A stretch of 62,537 nucleotides of DNA, counting the filler. It is 5 parts of 5 records of this genome, joined end to end, with 100 filler letters (N's around TTAATTAATTAA, not from the genome) between each part and the next. Parts side by side here need not be neighbours in the genome. Positions count along the whole stretch, not along the records: positions 1 to 20,830 come from SRR20825006_1982; positions 20,931 to 31,545 come from SRR20825006_1984; 3 more parts are not named here. One strand, written 5' to 3'. Both the position numbers and the translations under genes were made by a program. Positions 19,490 to 31,112 of this stretch are shown piece after piece. The notes beneath the pieces were generated by a model. It was not told where the DNA came from. It did not search any database and was given only the letters and a program-made list of their open reading frames with translations. Position 1 is the stretch's first letter; every line of letters starts with the position of its first letter.

Positions 19490-20221
19490 ATGGCCCGTTA
19501 CCTCAATCAAAACCCGCAACATCAAGAGTTCTTGGATATGGCACGGCTTGAAGTCGGCTATCGCGTCAACTTCTTCGGCATGGATATTGACCAAATCGAC
19601 CCCGTGCCGGGAACCGCAGCGACCCGCGCGAAGTATGCCATTTCGGAAGGGATTTCGCGTCTTGAACGGCTTGCACAAAGCACCGCGATTACAAACGACG
19701 CCAAGCACGAAGACGCGAAGGCGCTTTTCCAGAACATCAAGAAGGAAGTCGCCCGTTCGGTCGAAAGCATTCGGGGCTATGGTAACCGCGAAGCCGAAGC
19801 TGCAAAAGCCCGCGCCTTTGCCGTCCTTCAACCCGATGCGACCAAGAACCAAGTTTACAGCGAAATTCGCGCCTATTGTGCCAGCCGTCGCACCGACCCC
19901 GATTTCCCCGCCGAACTGTCGAAAATGATTTCCGAGAATATCGACGTTGCGCGGGCGTTGGCGGCTGGCCCTGGCTTTCTGTCAGGCGTGGGCGATGCAA
20001 GGCACATGACCCTTGTTTCCAATGCCCTTGAAGCCTTCGCGCCCGACGACGTAGCCCACATGCAACAAGCCGTCGCGATTTCGAAAGAAGCCGACCGTAT
20101 GGAAGGCGGGCTTCGCAAGCTTGAACAAGCCTTCTTCACGGCGGCTTTGGCCGACCGGGCGGCTTCCGGTCATGTGGACGTAAATGCGCCACTTGTCGCA
20201 CCTGCGGGTGAAGGGGAATGA
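19490..20221 (+). CDS. Hypothetical alpha-helical protein, 243 aa
   Basis: AAAGGA RBS; Ala-rich helical sequence. Confidence 0.7.
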   Translation: MARYLNQNPQHQEFLDMARLEVGYRVNFFGMDIDQIDPVPGTAATRAKYAISEGISRLERLAQSTAITNDAKHEDAKALFQNIKKEVARSVESIRGYGNREAEAAKARAFAVLQPDATKNQVYSEIRAYCASRRTDPDFPAELSKMISENIDVARALAAGPGFLSGVGDARHMTLVSNALEAFAPDDVAHMQQAVAISKEADRMEGGLRKLEQAFFTAALADRAASGHVDVNAPLVAPAGEGE

Positions 20222-20592
20222 CCGTCGCCGTTCTTGCTTCATGGCTTGCCGCGTCGTCGCAGGATGATCGCAGCCCCAAGGGCGACACCATCCTTCGCGG
20301 CCCCTACGGCGAATTGGTCACGGTCGGGCTTGATGACGTGCCGCCGGAAGCGCCTGCGGGCTGTCTGCCCCTGTTCACCCTGGCATCGGGCTATGCCGCT
20401 TCATGGGCCGCGCCACAGGGCCAGCCAAGGCTTGCAGACAGGGCGCAGCACGTCGCTTGGCTTGCAGGGGCAGGACGGGGCTTCCCTGCGGTTGTCGCGG
20501 TCGCCACGGGCCAGACCATGCGCCAAGCCTGCATCGCTGCGGGTATCGACCCCGAAGGCGATATTGTGGGTATCCCCCAAGCCGCTTTTTGA
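20218..20592 (+). CDS. Hypothetical protein
   Basis: ATGA overlap; followed by a terminator. Confidence 0.55.
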   Translation: MTVAVLASWLAASSQDDRSPKGDTILRGPYGELVTVGLDDVPPEAPAGCLPLFTLASGYAASWAAPQGQPRLADRAQHVAWLAGAGRGFPAVVAVATGQTMRQACIAAGIDPEGDIVGIPQAAF

Positions 20593-20619
20593 TCTTCCCA
20601 AGGCCACTAGGAAGCACCT

Positions 20620-20655
20620 GACCCCCGTTGCCGAAAGGTTTCGGGGGTCTTTTTT
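20620..20655 (+). terminator. Rho-independent terminator
   Basis: GACCCCCG...CGGGGGTC followed by TTTTTT. Confidence 0.8.
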
Positions 20656-20800
20656 GTTCACGCTTGCGTGATTGCGGTTGCCAGCCAACGCCGGGTTTCA
20701 AGCCATTTCAAAGCATGGGTTCAAGTATGGGTTGCGGGTGCTTTCGCAGCGCAGATTACACTCTAAGTATTTGATTTTGAATGCAAAATCATGGGGTAAA

Positions 20801-20830
20801 TGGCGGAGAGACAGGGATTCGAACCCTGGG
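20801..20830 (-). tRNA. tRNA 3' fragment, probably tRNA-Ser (cut by contig end)
   Basis: Reverse complement CCCAGGGTTCGAATCCCTGTCTCTCCGCCA: T-loop, acceptor stem, G discriminator, CCA; anticodon not visible. Confidence 0.8.
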
Positions 20831-20930
20831 NNNNNNNNNNNNNNNNNNNNNNNNNNNNNNNNNNNNNNNNNNNNTTAATTAATTAANNNNNNNNNNNNNN
20901 NNNNNNNNNNNNNNNNNNNNNNNNNNNNNN
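20831..20930. other. Artificial contig linker
   Basis: N run with TTAATTAATTAA six-frame stop. Confidence 0.98.
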
Positions 20931-20958
20931 TAACAGCTAACAGCTAACAGCTAACAGC
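20931..20958 (+). repeat. TAACAGC heptamer tandem repeat (4 copies, cut by contig edge)
   Basis: Read directly from sequence. Confidence 0.85.
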
Positions 20959-20971
20959 TCGCAGCTACTAC

Positions 20972-22012
20972 CTAGCCTTCCTCCTCCAGCAATCTTGCGA
21001 CGATGTCTCGGGCGGTCATGCCTTCGGCTTGGGCGGCGAAGGTGGTGATCAGTCGGTGTGTCAGAACGGGCAGTGCCACTGCTCGAATGTCCTCGGTGCG
21101 AACCATGTAGGATCCTTCCAGTGCGGCTCGTGACTTGGCACCCAAGATCAAATCCTGAACCGCTCGCGGACCAGCACCCCAGGACACCAATGGCAGTAAC
21201 CATGAGGGAGCGGTTCCGCCGGCCGGGCGAGTCTTGCGGACCAATTGGGCGGCTTCCGTGTAGATGTGATCGGGCACCGGGATCCGCCGCACCAAGTCTT
21301 GATTGGCGATGATGTTCTCAGCCGTCATCAAGTGTTGAAGTTCAGGCAACTTTCCGCCCGTCGTTGTGCGAGCGATCGCGATTTCTTCTTCTTCGGATGG
21401 GTAATCCAGTTCGATCAACGCCATGAAGCGATCCAGTTGAGCTTCCGGCAACGGGTACGTGCCTTCTTGTTCGACTGGGTTTTGTGTTGCCAAGACCATG
21501 AACGGTGGGGGCAGGTCAAAGCCTTTGCCAACAACGGTGATGCGTTGTTCCTGCATCGCTTCCAGCATCGCGGCTTGGGTCTTGGGTGGTGCCCGGTTGA
21601 TTTCATCGGCCAACACGATGTTCGCAAACACTGGCCCATGAGCGAACTGGAATTCGCGACGTCCGTCGCCGTTGTCTTGCAGGATGTCGGTGCCGGTGAT
21701 GTCCATGGGCATCAAGTCCGGAGTGAACTGAATGCGATTGAATTTCAAAGACATCGTTTCGGCGAGCTTGCTGACCAGCAGAGTCTTGGCTAGTCCAGGA
21801 ACTCCCATCAACAAGGCGTGCCGTCGAGCGAACAGGCAGACCAGCAACAGGTCCACCGTTTCGCGTTGGCCAACGATCACGCGAGCCAGTTCGTCTCGAA
21901 GTTGCTGCGTCAATCGTCCGAGTCGGTCGACTGCTTGGACGTCGTCATCGCTCAGCGATGGTTCGGTCACCGTGGAAGCGGATGAGTTGTTGGACACCAC
22001 CGATTGCGACAT
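20972..22012 (-). CDS. MoxR family AAA+ ATPase
   Basis: GVPGLAKT, RIQFTPDLMP, LADEINRAPPKTQ, ATQNPVEQEGTYPLPEAQLDRF. Confidence 0.95.
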   Translation of the reverse strand: MSQSVVSNNSSASTVTEPSLSDDDVQAVDRLGRLTQQLRDELARVIVGQRETVDLLLVCLFARRHALLMGVPGLAKTLLVSKLAETMSLKFNRIQFTPDLMPMDITGTDILQDNGDGRREFQFAHGPVFANIVLADEINRAPPKTQAAMLEAMQEQRITVVGKGFDLPPPFMVLATQNPVEQEGTYPLPEAQLDRFMALIELDYPSEEEEIAIARTTTGGKLPELQHLMTAENIIANQDLVRRIPVPDHIYTEAAQLVRKTRPAGGTAPSWLLPLVSWGAGPRAVQDLILGAKSRAALEGSYMVRTEDIRAVALPVLTHRLITTFAAQAEGMTARDIVARLLEEEG

Positions 22013-22309
22013 CTGAATTTCCTGTCGTGAACTTTGTACAAGCCAGCGGGATACTATAACCGCCCAAGAGGTGCCGCCGCAAAGATCGCAGTCAACTTTT
22101 ATAGGTTCAGCGTCAGTAATTGATGCCGCGCGAATCACCTCATTTGGGACGTGGTTCAAAAAAGAGAATTCGATGAAACTCCAAAAACACTTCGCTTTTA
22201 GGCGGTTGAACGGCACACAGTGGTCGCTGTAATTCGATAGGCTAGCTGATGAAACCTTTATGAAACTGCCTTCGAAACCACCATGATTTTCATCCGGAGA
22301 TTCGCTGTG

Positions 22310-24139
22310 ATGTGGGACACTCCTCAATCTGCCAGTCGTTCGTCCACCACTCGAACGCCTTGTCCATCGAATTGGGCAATCCGCTGCCGAACGCTCAAAC
22401 AGTTTGGTTTGGGCCGTCGACGCTCGATTGTGATCGTAGTGGCGATGATTGTGTTGCTGACAGTCAGTGGCGGAGACAACGCCATTGCACAGGATCAACT
22501 GATTCCGTTGGGCGGAGCAAAGGATTTGTTGGCACCATCGGAGGCGCCAAGTGTCATTGGGGGGCGATACGTTCACGATGACTCGATTGGGTTCTTGTCT
22601 TTGTCGCCATCGCATTGGTGGGACAACGATATGTTCCGGTTGTATCCCACCGAAATTCTTCGTGTGCAGGCAAAAGAAACCATTGGAATCGATCCGGACG
22701 ACATAAGAGACGTTCAGGCCACGTTTGGATTGTCGTTCGAAACCGGTCAACCATTGTTCTCCGCCGTGGTCCAGCTCGCAGGAAAGGTCGACGGAAAAGT
22801 GTTGAAGGAGGCGTTGGATTTGGATCCGCGTCCGATCAAGGTCGGTGAACACACGGCTGTGCGAGTGAATGGTTCCGTTCCGATGGTGCTGAGCCGACTG
22901 GAATCGAACGCGAAATTTGGCGATGGTGAAGAAGGCGAGATTTGGTACATCGGGTCGCCGGATTGGCTGATCGAAACCGCTGCTGCTCAGGCCAAGGTTG
23001 ATGAGTCAGAGCGTGGTCCTTTGCCGGTCCGTTTGGCATCGCTGCCGAAACGCGACGGGATCTCGGCAGTGGTGGAAATGAAAACGATTCGTCCAATCGT
23101 CAGCGGCTTTGCAATGAACGCCGCGACTCAACTGCCGCACCGTCTGCAACCCCTCGGGCAAATCCCCGGACTGACCGACGCGGTCCTTTTGCATGTGGAT
23201 CTGAAGGGAGAAGCAGTCTCATTGGACTTGACTCTCGTGGGTATCGACGAGTCCGCTGCTGAACAGATTGAAGGCATTTTGAAAGATTCGTTGATCGAAG
23301 CTCAAACCTTGGCGATGACTTCGATCCAACAAAACCTTGAGCAATCTGACATGTCGCCCGCGATGCGGGAGGCGGTGCAGTCTTATGCTGCTCGGATCTC
23401 CGCGATGGTGTTGCAGTCTGTTCAGCCATTGCGGATCGAACGCGATGTCACCATTCAAACTGAATCAGAATTGAGTGTCGCCTCGACAGGAGTCCTGGTC
23501 GGGCTTTTGTTGCCGGCTGTTCAAGCGGGCCGCCAAGCCGCTCGCCGGATGCAGTCGTCCAACAACGTCAAGCAAATCATGTTGGCGATTCACAACCATC
23601 ATGCCGCATACAATCAGCTGCCGCTCTCGGCGATCGGCGATGATGAGGGCAACCCTTTGCTGAGCTGGCGGGTGAAGTTGCTGCCATTTCTAGACGAGAT
23701 GGAGCTCTATCAGCGGTTTCATTTGGACGAACCGTGGGACAGCGAACACAATCTCCAGGTCGCCCAGCAAATTCCTGCCGTCTACGAATCAATCGGGCTG
23801 CAAGTGCAGCCTGGCCACACGATCTATCAGGCCGTGGTCGGTGAAGACATTGGCATGAGACCAATGCAGGAGACAAGATTTCGCGACTTTTTGGATGGAT
23901 TATCCAACTCGATTCTCGTCTTGGAAGCAGATGCAGACGAAGCGGTCTTTTGGACGCAGCCAAAAGACATCACCATCGATCTGAACAACCCGTTGAACGG
24001 ATTGGGGCATGCTCGGACCGGCGGGTTCCATGTCGGGATGGGTGATGGTGCGGTGAAGTTCATCACCGAGAACATCGACCCTCAGCTTTTTAGAAAGTTG
24101 CTGACACGAGCCGGCAAGGAACCGGTGGACATCCCATAG
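22310..24139 (+). CDS. DUF1559 domain protein (planctomycete family)
   Basis: [53 protein letters not shown]. Confidence 0.9.
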   Translation: MWDTPQSASRSSTTRTPCPSNWAIRCRTLKQFGLGRRRSIVIVVAMIVLLTVSGGDNAIAQDQLIPLGGAKDLLAPSEAPSVIGGRYVHDDSIGFLSLSPSHWWDNDMFRLYPTEILRVQAKETIGIDPDDIRDVQATFGLSFETGQPLFSAVVQLAGKVDGKVLKEALDLDPRPIKVGEHTAVRVNGSVPMVLSRLESNAKFGDGEEGEIWYIGSPDWLIETAAAQAKVDESERGPLPVRLASLPKRDGISAVVEMKTIRPIVSGFAMNAATQLPHRLQPLGQIPGLTDAVLLHVDLKGEAVSLDLTLVGIDESAAEQIEGILKDSLIEAQTLAMTSIQQNLEQSDMSPAMREAVQSYAARISAMVLQSVQPLRIERDVTIQTESELSVASTGVLVGLLLPAVQAGRQAARRMQSSNNVKQIMLAIHNHHAAYNQLPLSAIGDDEGNPLLSWRVKLLPFLDEMELYQRFHLDEPWDSEHNLQVAQQIPAVYESIGLQVQPGHTIYQAVVGEDIGMRPMQETRFRDFLDGLSNSILVLEADADEAVFWTQPKDITIDLNNPLNGLGHARTGGFHVGMGDGAVKFITENIDPQLFRKLLTRAGKEPVDIP

Positions 24140-24180
24140 CGGATTGTATTCGCTTGCTTTGCCGCCTCTTTAGAAGTCGC

Positions 24181-24304
24181 CTAGCCGTCTGCTGATTCAA
24201 TGTACCGTACCGCGTTAGCGGCGGTTAGTCAGAAGCCATCCGGCGCTAACGCCCATCGGCTTATTGTTGTCATTCGGTATATGACTGAATCAACAGGCTG
24301 CTAG
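24181..24304. mobile_element. MITE-like intergenic element
   Basis: Imperfect 21-bp terminal inverted repeats with CTAG at both ends; internal GCGTTAGCG/CGCTAACGC inverted pair. Confidence 0.55.
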
Positions 24305-25938
24305 GTCGACACAGTTGCCTTGGCATTCAGCGCCACCGGCTGTGCCGCACTGCATCCGCATCCACTGCCGCATTGTTGCAGTCGTTTTTCGATTTGCAGC
24401 GATGTCGGCGTGGTGGCCAAACCGCCCAATGCCGTGCAGCGATGTTCTCGCGGCATTCGCTCGGAGACTCGGCGTGCCGCGTCGATGGTTTCGTCCAGTG
24501 GAATGACGGGATCAAATCCTGCCAAACACATGTTGGCACATGAAATGGCGTTGCTGGCCGCGATCACGTTCTTGCCCAAGCATGGGACTTCCACGCGATT
24601 GGCAACGGGGTCGCAAATTAGGCCCAGCATGTTTTGCAGTGCCATCGATGCGGCGCCGGTGGCTTGCGTGGTGCTGCCCCCCGCCATCGTGACCAATGCG
24701 GCTGCTGACATCGCCGCGGCTGAACCACCTTCGGCTTGGCATCCACCGACTTCCGCAGCAAAGCTCCAGGCGGTCGCGATGAACACGCCGATCAATCCAG
24801 CCGCGAGAAACGCTTTGGCGATCTCTTCATCGGAGAGTGACAGAGTTTCGCCCATCGCCAAGCAAGTCGCTGGCAACGCGGCGCAGGCTCCCGCAGTGGG
24901 TGCGGCGATGATCACGCCCATCGAACTTTTCACTTCCATCATCGCGGTCGTGTAAAGCACGATTTGATTGAGTGCACCCGCATCAAGCAATTGTCCTGAT
25001 TGCAGCTTGTCTCGGAAGCCGCCGGACTGGTATCCGAGCACTCGGTCGGCATACTCGGTTCCGTTCAAACCGGACTCAATGCTAGTGCGAGCGATTTGGA
25101 CGATCTCGATCATGCGGTCCAAAACTTCTCGCTCGGTCAGTCCGCCTCTTTGCATTTCGTATTCAACCGCCCACTTCCAGAGTGGCTTGGAATCGACGTC
25201 CGCTTGCGATGTCAGTGTGTTGCAATCTTGGAATGGAATGTCTGCGTTGGGACGCGAGCGGATGGGCAGGACTGGTGCCAGACGAACAATTGGCTCAGGG
25301 CTTTCCAATGGAAGTGCTCTTTGCAATGTCGCGAATTCTAGTCGTTGGCTGGATTGAATCTGCAGCATCACGTTTTGATCGGATGTCCGGACATGGACAT
25401 GATCAGCCAGCAGTTCTTTCGCGAGCGATTCGCAATCCAGGGTTTGGATCGTATCGTCCGAGGCGGGTTCTTTGAGACGAACCAGAGTCTCGTCGAAGCC
25501 ACCGTCCATGGAGACATCAAAGTCGTCGATCGAGGTGACTTCGATCATGCCGCCGCCGGTGGAGATCGCAATCAGCGTGTGTGATTCTTGTTCGCCGCAA
25601 ACGGTCAGGCGATACGTATTCGGGTGAGCGTCACCGTAGTCGCCGTATTCGAATTCAAACGCGATCCCGTTGTCGATCAGATGCTGTCGCGAATTTGGTA
25701 AGCGTTCGTCGTGGGCTTCCCATCCGAGCAGCCCGCCGAACAATCCCATGTCGGACCCTTGGCTGGTGTGGGTCGCCGGAAGCGATCCCGATTCATCGAA
25801 CTGAATCAGCACATGTTGCAGGTCGCCACCCACCAAGTCGCGGGCCAGGCGTCCGATTCGCAGGGCCGCGGCGCAGTGCGAACTGCTGGGACCACGCATC
25901 ACTGGGCCGATGACGTCATTGAAGATACTGACGGTCAT
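24301..25938 (-). CDS. Fe-S L-serine dehydratase, fused beta+alpha subunits
   Basis: GPVMRGPSSSHCAA, HPNT, STGGG, AAPTAGAC, AEVGGCQAE, LGLICDPV, VPC. Confidence 0.9.
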   Translation of the reverse strand: MTVSIFNDVIGPVMRGPSSSHCAAALRIGRLARDLVGGDLQHVLIQFDESGSLPATHTSQGSDMGLFGGLLGWEAHDERLPNSRQHLIDNGIAFEFEYGDYGDAHPNTYRLTVCGEQESHTLIAISTGGGMIEVTSIDDFDVSMDGGFDETLVRLKEPASDDTIQTLDCESLAKELLADHVHVRTSDQNVMLQIQSSQRLEFATLQRALPLESPEPIVRLAPVLPIRSRPNADIPFQDCNTLTSQADVDSKPLWKWAVEYEMQRGGLTEREVLDRMIEIVQIARTSIESGLNGTEYADRVLGYQSGGFRDKLQSGQLLDAGALNQIVLYTTAMMEVKSSMGVIIAAPTAGACAALPATCLAMGETLSLSDEEIAKAFLAAGLIGVFIATAWSFAAEVGGCQAEGGSAAAMSAAALVTMAGGSTTQATGAASMALQNMLGLICDPVANRVEVPCLGKNVIAASNAISCANMCLAGFDPVIPLDETIDAARRVSERMPREHRCTALGGLATTPTSLQIEKRLQQCGSGCGCSAAQPVALNAKATVST

Positions 25939-26188
25939 GGGATCGCTCAAATGCAGCAAGAAGTGAAAAAGAGGAAGCGGTGACTCTGACTCAATTGACT
26001 TGCTGCGTCAAATTAATCATGGAAAACCGAATGCGGAAGGAAGCTTGTTCGCCCTAACGGATTGATTCGGGAGTCGTCGGCGTTGTGCGTTTGGTTATCG
26101 CACGCAAAGCCAATTGAAGCGGCGGATATGCCATTTCGTCGAGATGTCACGCAAACCGATGATTTGTGCGACAAATGCCCCGGCCGCT

Positions 26189-26995
26189 CTAGAAGAACAT
26201 CTGCTGGGTGAGTTTCTGGTTCTTCGAAGGGGAGACCCGAAGTGGTTGCGTCGCGAGATGGCGGTCGGCACAGATCAGGTGCAGTCGATCGCCCAGGCAC
26301 TGGCGGTGGGTTCGCAGGGCGACGTCCGGATCATTGTTTTCGTCAGACAGGTGAGCCAAACAGGCCCACTGCAGATGGTCGCTCGCGTGGGAGATCACTT
26401 CGGCGGCTTCGCGGTTGGAGATGTGCCCTCCGGATCCCGAGATGCGGTCGCGAAGAAATTCAGGGTAGCCCGAAGTGGCCAACATGTTTTCGTCGTAGTT
26501 GCTTTCAATGAACAAAGCATCGAGTGTGTTGACGCTGGCGAGCATGTCATCGAAGACGCATCCCAGATCCGTCCACAATCCAAATCGAGAGCAGCCGTTG
26601 TCCAGCGTGAAGGCGGCTCCATCGACACCATCGTGTGGCGTCGGCATCGTCTCAATCGCGGTTTCGCCGATCGTGAACGTTTCGCCCGGGACGAAATGCT
26701 GGATGTCATGCACAGGACCGAGTGGGATACGACGCTCGGTCGACTTAAGGGTTCGGCGGCTGATGTGAATCGGCACATTGAGTTTGCGATTCAGGACGCC
26801 CAAGCATCCGATGTGGTCGCGGTGATCGTGCGAGATCACGATGGCATCGATTTCCGATGCATCACGCCCGGCTTCGTTCAGTCGAGTTTGCACTTTGCGG
26901 AAACTGATCCCCGCATCAAAGAGCACGCACTCCGAGCCCGTGTCAACGAAGACACAGTTACCGCTGCTTCCTGATTGCAAACACAGAACATCCAT
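26189..26995 (-). CDS. MBL-fold metallo-hydrolase (YycJ-like)
   Basis: SGSSGN, SHDHRDHI, ESNYD, GHISN, HLS. Confidence 0.9.
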   Translation of the reverse strand: MDVLCLQSGSSGNCVFVDTGSECVLFDAGISFRKVQTRLNEAGRDASEIDAIVISHDHRDHIGCLGVLNRKLNVPIHISRRTLKSTERRIPLGPVHDIQHFVPGETFTIGETAIETMPTPHDGVDGAAFTLDNGCSRFGLWTDLGCVFDDMLASVNTLDALFIESNYDENMLATSGYPEFLRDRISGSGGHISNREAAEVISHASDHLQWACLAHLSDENNDPDVALRTHRQCLGDRLHLICADRHLATQPLRVSPSKNQKLTQQMFF

Positions 26996-27125
26996 GCCGG
27001 CAATCGTAGCAGGTTCTCAAGCGACGTAGGAGCGCTGTTTGTTGCCACCACGGTCAAAATCAACCGAGTGGTTTTAACGGGCCGTGGTTCGTTGCCGCAC
27101 GTCCGCTGATTATGGCGAACTTCCG

Positions 27126-27404
27126 TCAGTCCTTGGACTTTGGCTTCGACTTTTTCGCTTTGCTATCGCTCTTGGGTTCCGACTTGGGTTTGTCGGCGCT
27201 CTGCCCCTTTTTGTAACTCTCGCTGCGATAGTCGGTTTGGTAGAAGCCGCTGCCTTTAAAGACGATCGCAGCCCCGGTTCCAAACTGACGTTGCAGTTTG
27301 TTCTTTTTGCATTCCGGGCACTTCTTCAGCACTTCGTCGTTGATGCCTTGGAACACTTCCAACTCGTGACCACAAGCTTCACACAAATAATCGTAAGTCG
27401 GCAT
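27126..27404 (-). CDS. FmdB family zinc-ribbon protein
   Basis: MPTYDYLCEACGH...CPEC...FKGSGFYQTDY. Confidence 0.92.
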   Translation of the reverse strand: MPTYDYLCEACGHELEVFQGINDEVLKKCPECKKNKLQRQFGTGAAIVFKGSGFYQTDYRSESYKKGQSADKPKSEPKSDSKAKKSKPKSKD

Positions 27405-27500
27405 AGGAAAGGATGAAAAGAAGAAAGGTGGAGGTGAAAAACGAAAGGCGATTCAGGTTGGGTCCGTCGATTGATTAAGGCCGTCGACTGAGGTGGCGGG

Positions 27501-28103
27501 TTACGCCGAGCCATCGCCGGTGCTGACGACGACTTGAGCCGGACGCACAACGCGGTCGTGCATTTGGAATCCAGGCGTCGCCACGTGAGCGACCATGCCC
27601 GATGCAATCTCGGGGTGAGGCATCTGCGAAATGGCTTCGTGGAAGTTCGGGTCGAACAGTTCGCCTTCGGCGGGGATCTCTTTGATCGCGTGTTTAGCCA
27701 ACACGTCATCGAGCTGTTTGCGAACCATTGAAACGCCTTCGACCAATCCGGCCGCCGATTCGCCGTCACCGGCGGTGGTTGCCGCTTCGATCGCCCGCAG
27801 CAAGTTGTCACGGACTTGCAGGATATCGGTAACCAGTGGCATTCCAGCGAATTTCAATTGTGCTTCGGTGTCGCGGCGCAGGCGTTTGCGAAAGTTCTCC
27901 GCTTCGGCTTGCGCTTGCAAAACGCGTTTGCTGGCTTCTTCGACTTCACCACGCAGACGCGTCATTTCTTCGTCGCGAGTTTCTTCGCCGGCTTCCGCGA
28001 ACGCTTCGTCGTTAGCCGCCGTTTCGCCTTCAAAGGAAACGGTTTCCTGCGGGTCGAATTGTTCGTCTTCGGATTGAAGTTCTTCGTTGGGTTGTTCGTT
28101 CAT
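27501..28103 (-). CDS. grpE: Nucleotide exchange factor GrpE
   Basis: AEAENFRKR, FDPNFHEA, RVVRPAQVVV. Confidence 0.96.
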   Translation of the reverse strand: MNEQPNEELQSEDEQFDPQETVSFEGETAANDEAFAEAGEETRDEEMTRLRGEVEEASKRVLQAQAEAENFRKRLRRDTEAQLKFAGMPLVTDILQVRDNLLRAIEAATTAGDGESAAGLVEGVSMVRKQLDDVLAKHAIKEIPAEGELFDPNFHEAISQMPHPEIASGMVAHVATPGFQMHDRVVRPAQVVVSTGDGSA

Positions 28104-29275
28104 GAGTCTTTCTCCGTGTCGGTCGAGCCGGTGCCGGCTTCTTCCGGTTCGGGGTCAAAAAAGTGACGAAGTTTGTCGAGAAACGAGGTGCGTTCGGGAA
28201 GCACCGAATCGTGATCGAGTTCGGCCAGTTCGCGAAGCAGTTTTTGTTGTTTGTCGCTGAGCTTTTTGGGGACTTCGATGAAAATCTGAACCAGCAAGTC
28301 GCCGGTGCGTCCGCTGCGAGGATCAACGATGCCTTGACCGCGAACGGTGAAGACGTGTCCGGTTTGCGTGCCAGCAGGGACGGTCAATTCGTGCGGCCCA
28401 TCGAGAGTTGGCACGTTGATTGTTGCGCCGAGCGCGGCTTGGGCGTACGAAATCGGCATCTGCAAAATCAGATGCTGGCCTTCGCGTTTGAACAGGTCAT
28501 GTTCTTTGACCGAGATGAAGCAATAGCAGTCGCCGTTCGGGCCGCCATCGGGGCTGGGTTCGCCTTCGCCTTGCAAGCGGACTCGCATGCCGTCATCGAC
28601 CCCAGCGGGGATCTCGACGTTCATCTCGGCTTTTTCGTTTTGCGTTCCCGTGCCGCGGCATTTGCCACACGGTTCGCCGATTTGTTTGCCGGCACCTTTG
28701 CAGGTTGGGCAAGTCGTTTGGACGCGCAAGATGCCCGCTGACTGGATGACTTGTCCTTGTCCGCCGCACATGGTGCAGGTGACCGGTTCGCTGCCCGCGG
28801 CGGCACCACTGCCGTCACAGGTGTCGCACGAAACCCGGCGGCGGAACACGATGTCTTTGTGGCATCCGCGGGCGGCTTCTTCCAGCGTCAGAGTGACGTC
28901 GCAGCGAACATCGGCACCGCGTCTCACGCGACGTCGTCCGCCACCACGACGGGAGCCTCCGCCAAAGAAGTCACCAAAGCCGCCGCCGAACAGATCGCCG
29001 AACGCTTCGAAGATGTCTTCGACGTCGCCGTATTGTTGCGTCGCGCCTTCGACCCCGGCATGACCGTATTGGTCATAGCGAGCTCGTTTGTTCGCATCGC
29101 TGAGGACTTCGTAGGCTTCGGTTGCTTCTTTGAATTTCGCCGTCGCGGATTCGTCGTCTCGATTGCTATCGGGGTGATACTTGATAGCAAGTTTGCGATA
29201 CGCGCGATCGACCTGCTGCTTCGTGGCCGTTCGTTCGACCTTCAGCACTTCGTAGTAGCAGGTTTTGGTGGCCAT
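28100..29275 (-). CDS. dnaJ: Chaperone DnaJ
   Basis: J domain HPD, G/F region, four CxxCxGxG repeats. Confidence 0.97.
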   Translation of the reverse strand: MATKTCYYEVLKVERTATKQQVDRAYRKLAIKYHPDSNRDDESATAKFKEATEAYEVLSDANKRARYDQYGHAGVEGATQQYGDVEDIFEAFGDLFGGGFGDFFGGGSRRGGGRRRVRRGADVRCDVTLTLEEAARGCHKDIVFRRRVSCDTCDGSGAAAGSEPVTCTMCGGQGQVIQSAGILRVQTTCPTCKGAGKQIGEPCGKCRGTGTQNEKAEMNVEIPAGVDDGMRVRLQGEGEPSPDGGPNGDCYCFISVKEHDLFKREGQHLILQMPISYAQAALGATINVPTLDGPHELTVPAGTQTGHVFTVRGQGIVDPRSGRTGDLLVQIFIEVPKKLSDKQQKLLRELAELDHDSVLPERTSFLDKLRHFFDPEPEEAGTGSTDTEKDS

Positions 29276-29377
29276 GAGAAATCAAACAGTGGAGTGTTCG
29301 TGGTCAGTGATCGCCTCGGCGTCGGTTGTTTCGCCGGTCCAATCGGGACTTGGCGAACGGACGCTTGGAGGGTCATG

Positions 29378-29410
29378 AAAACGGGCCGCTCACCGAAGGC
29401 GAACGGCCCA
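29378..29410 (-). terminator. Hairpin terminator after groEL
   Basis: GGGCCG...CGGCCC stem with short U-tract on the minus strand. Confidence 0.5.
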
Positions 29411-29444
29411 TTACAAATATGTCGTGCGAAGTTAGGTTCAGCGA

Positions 29445-31067
<1,623 letters not shown>

Positions 31068-31112
31068 GACTGAATTCCTCGTAGATGTTTTGGGGTGAAA
31101 GAACGAACCGGA

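Larger units (their letters stand above)
12883..20814 (+). mobile_element. ~7.9 kb tRNA-Ser-integrated element (phage-satellite-like)
   Basis: TGGCGGAGAGACAG repeated directly at 12883-12896 and 20801-20814; int, alpA, DUF3987-like ATPase and ori, all genes on one strand. Confidence 0.88.

Noticed and set aside
12883-20814. Full prophage, ICE or retron/DGR interpretation
   Set aside because: No structural, conjugation or reverse transcriptase genes recognisable
20931-20970. TAACAGC tandem repeat as a functional array
   Set aside because: Simple microsatellite at a contig end
22013-22852. Long N-terminal extension of the MoxR ORF
   Set aside because: Overlaps the DUF1559 gene antisense; the real start is probably 22012
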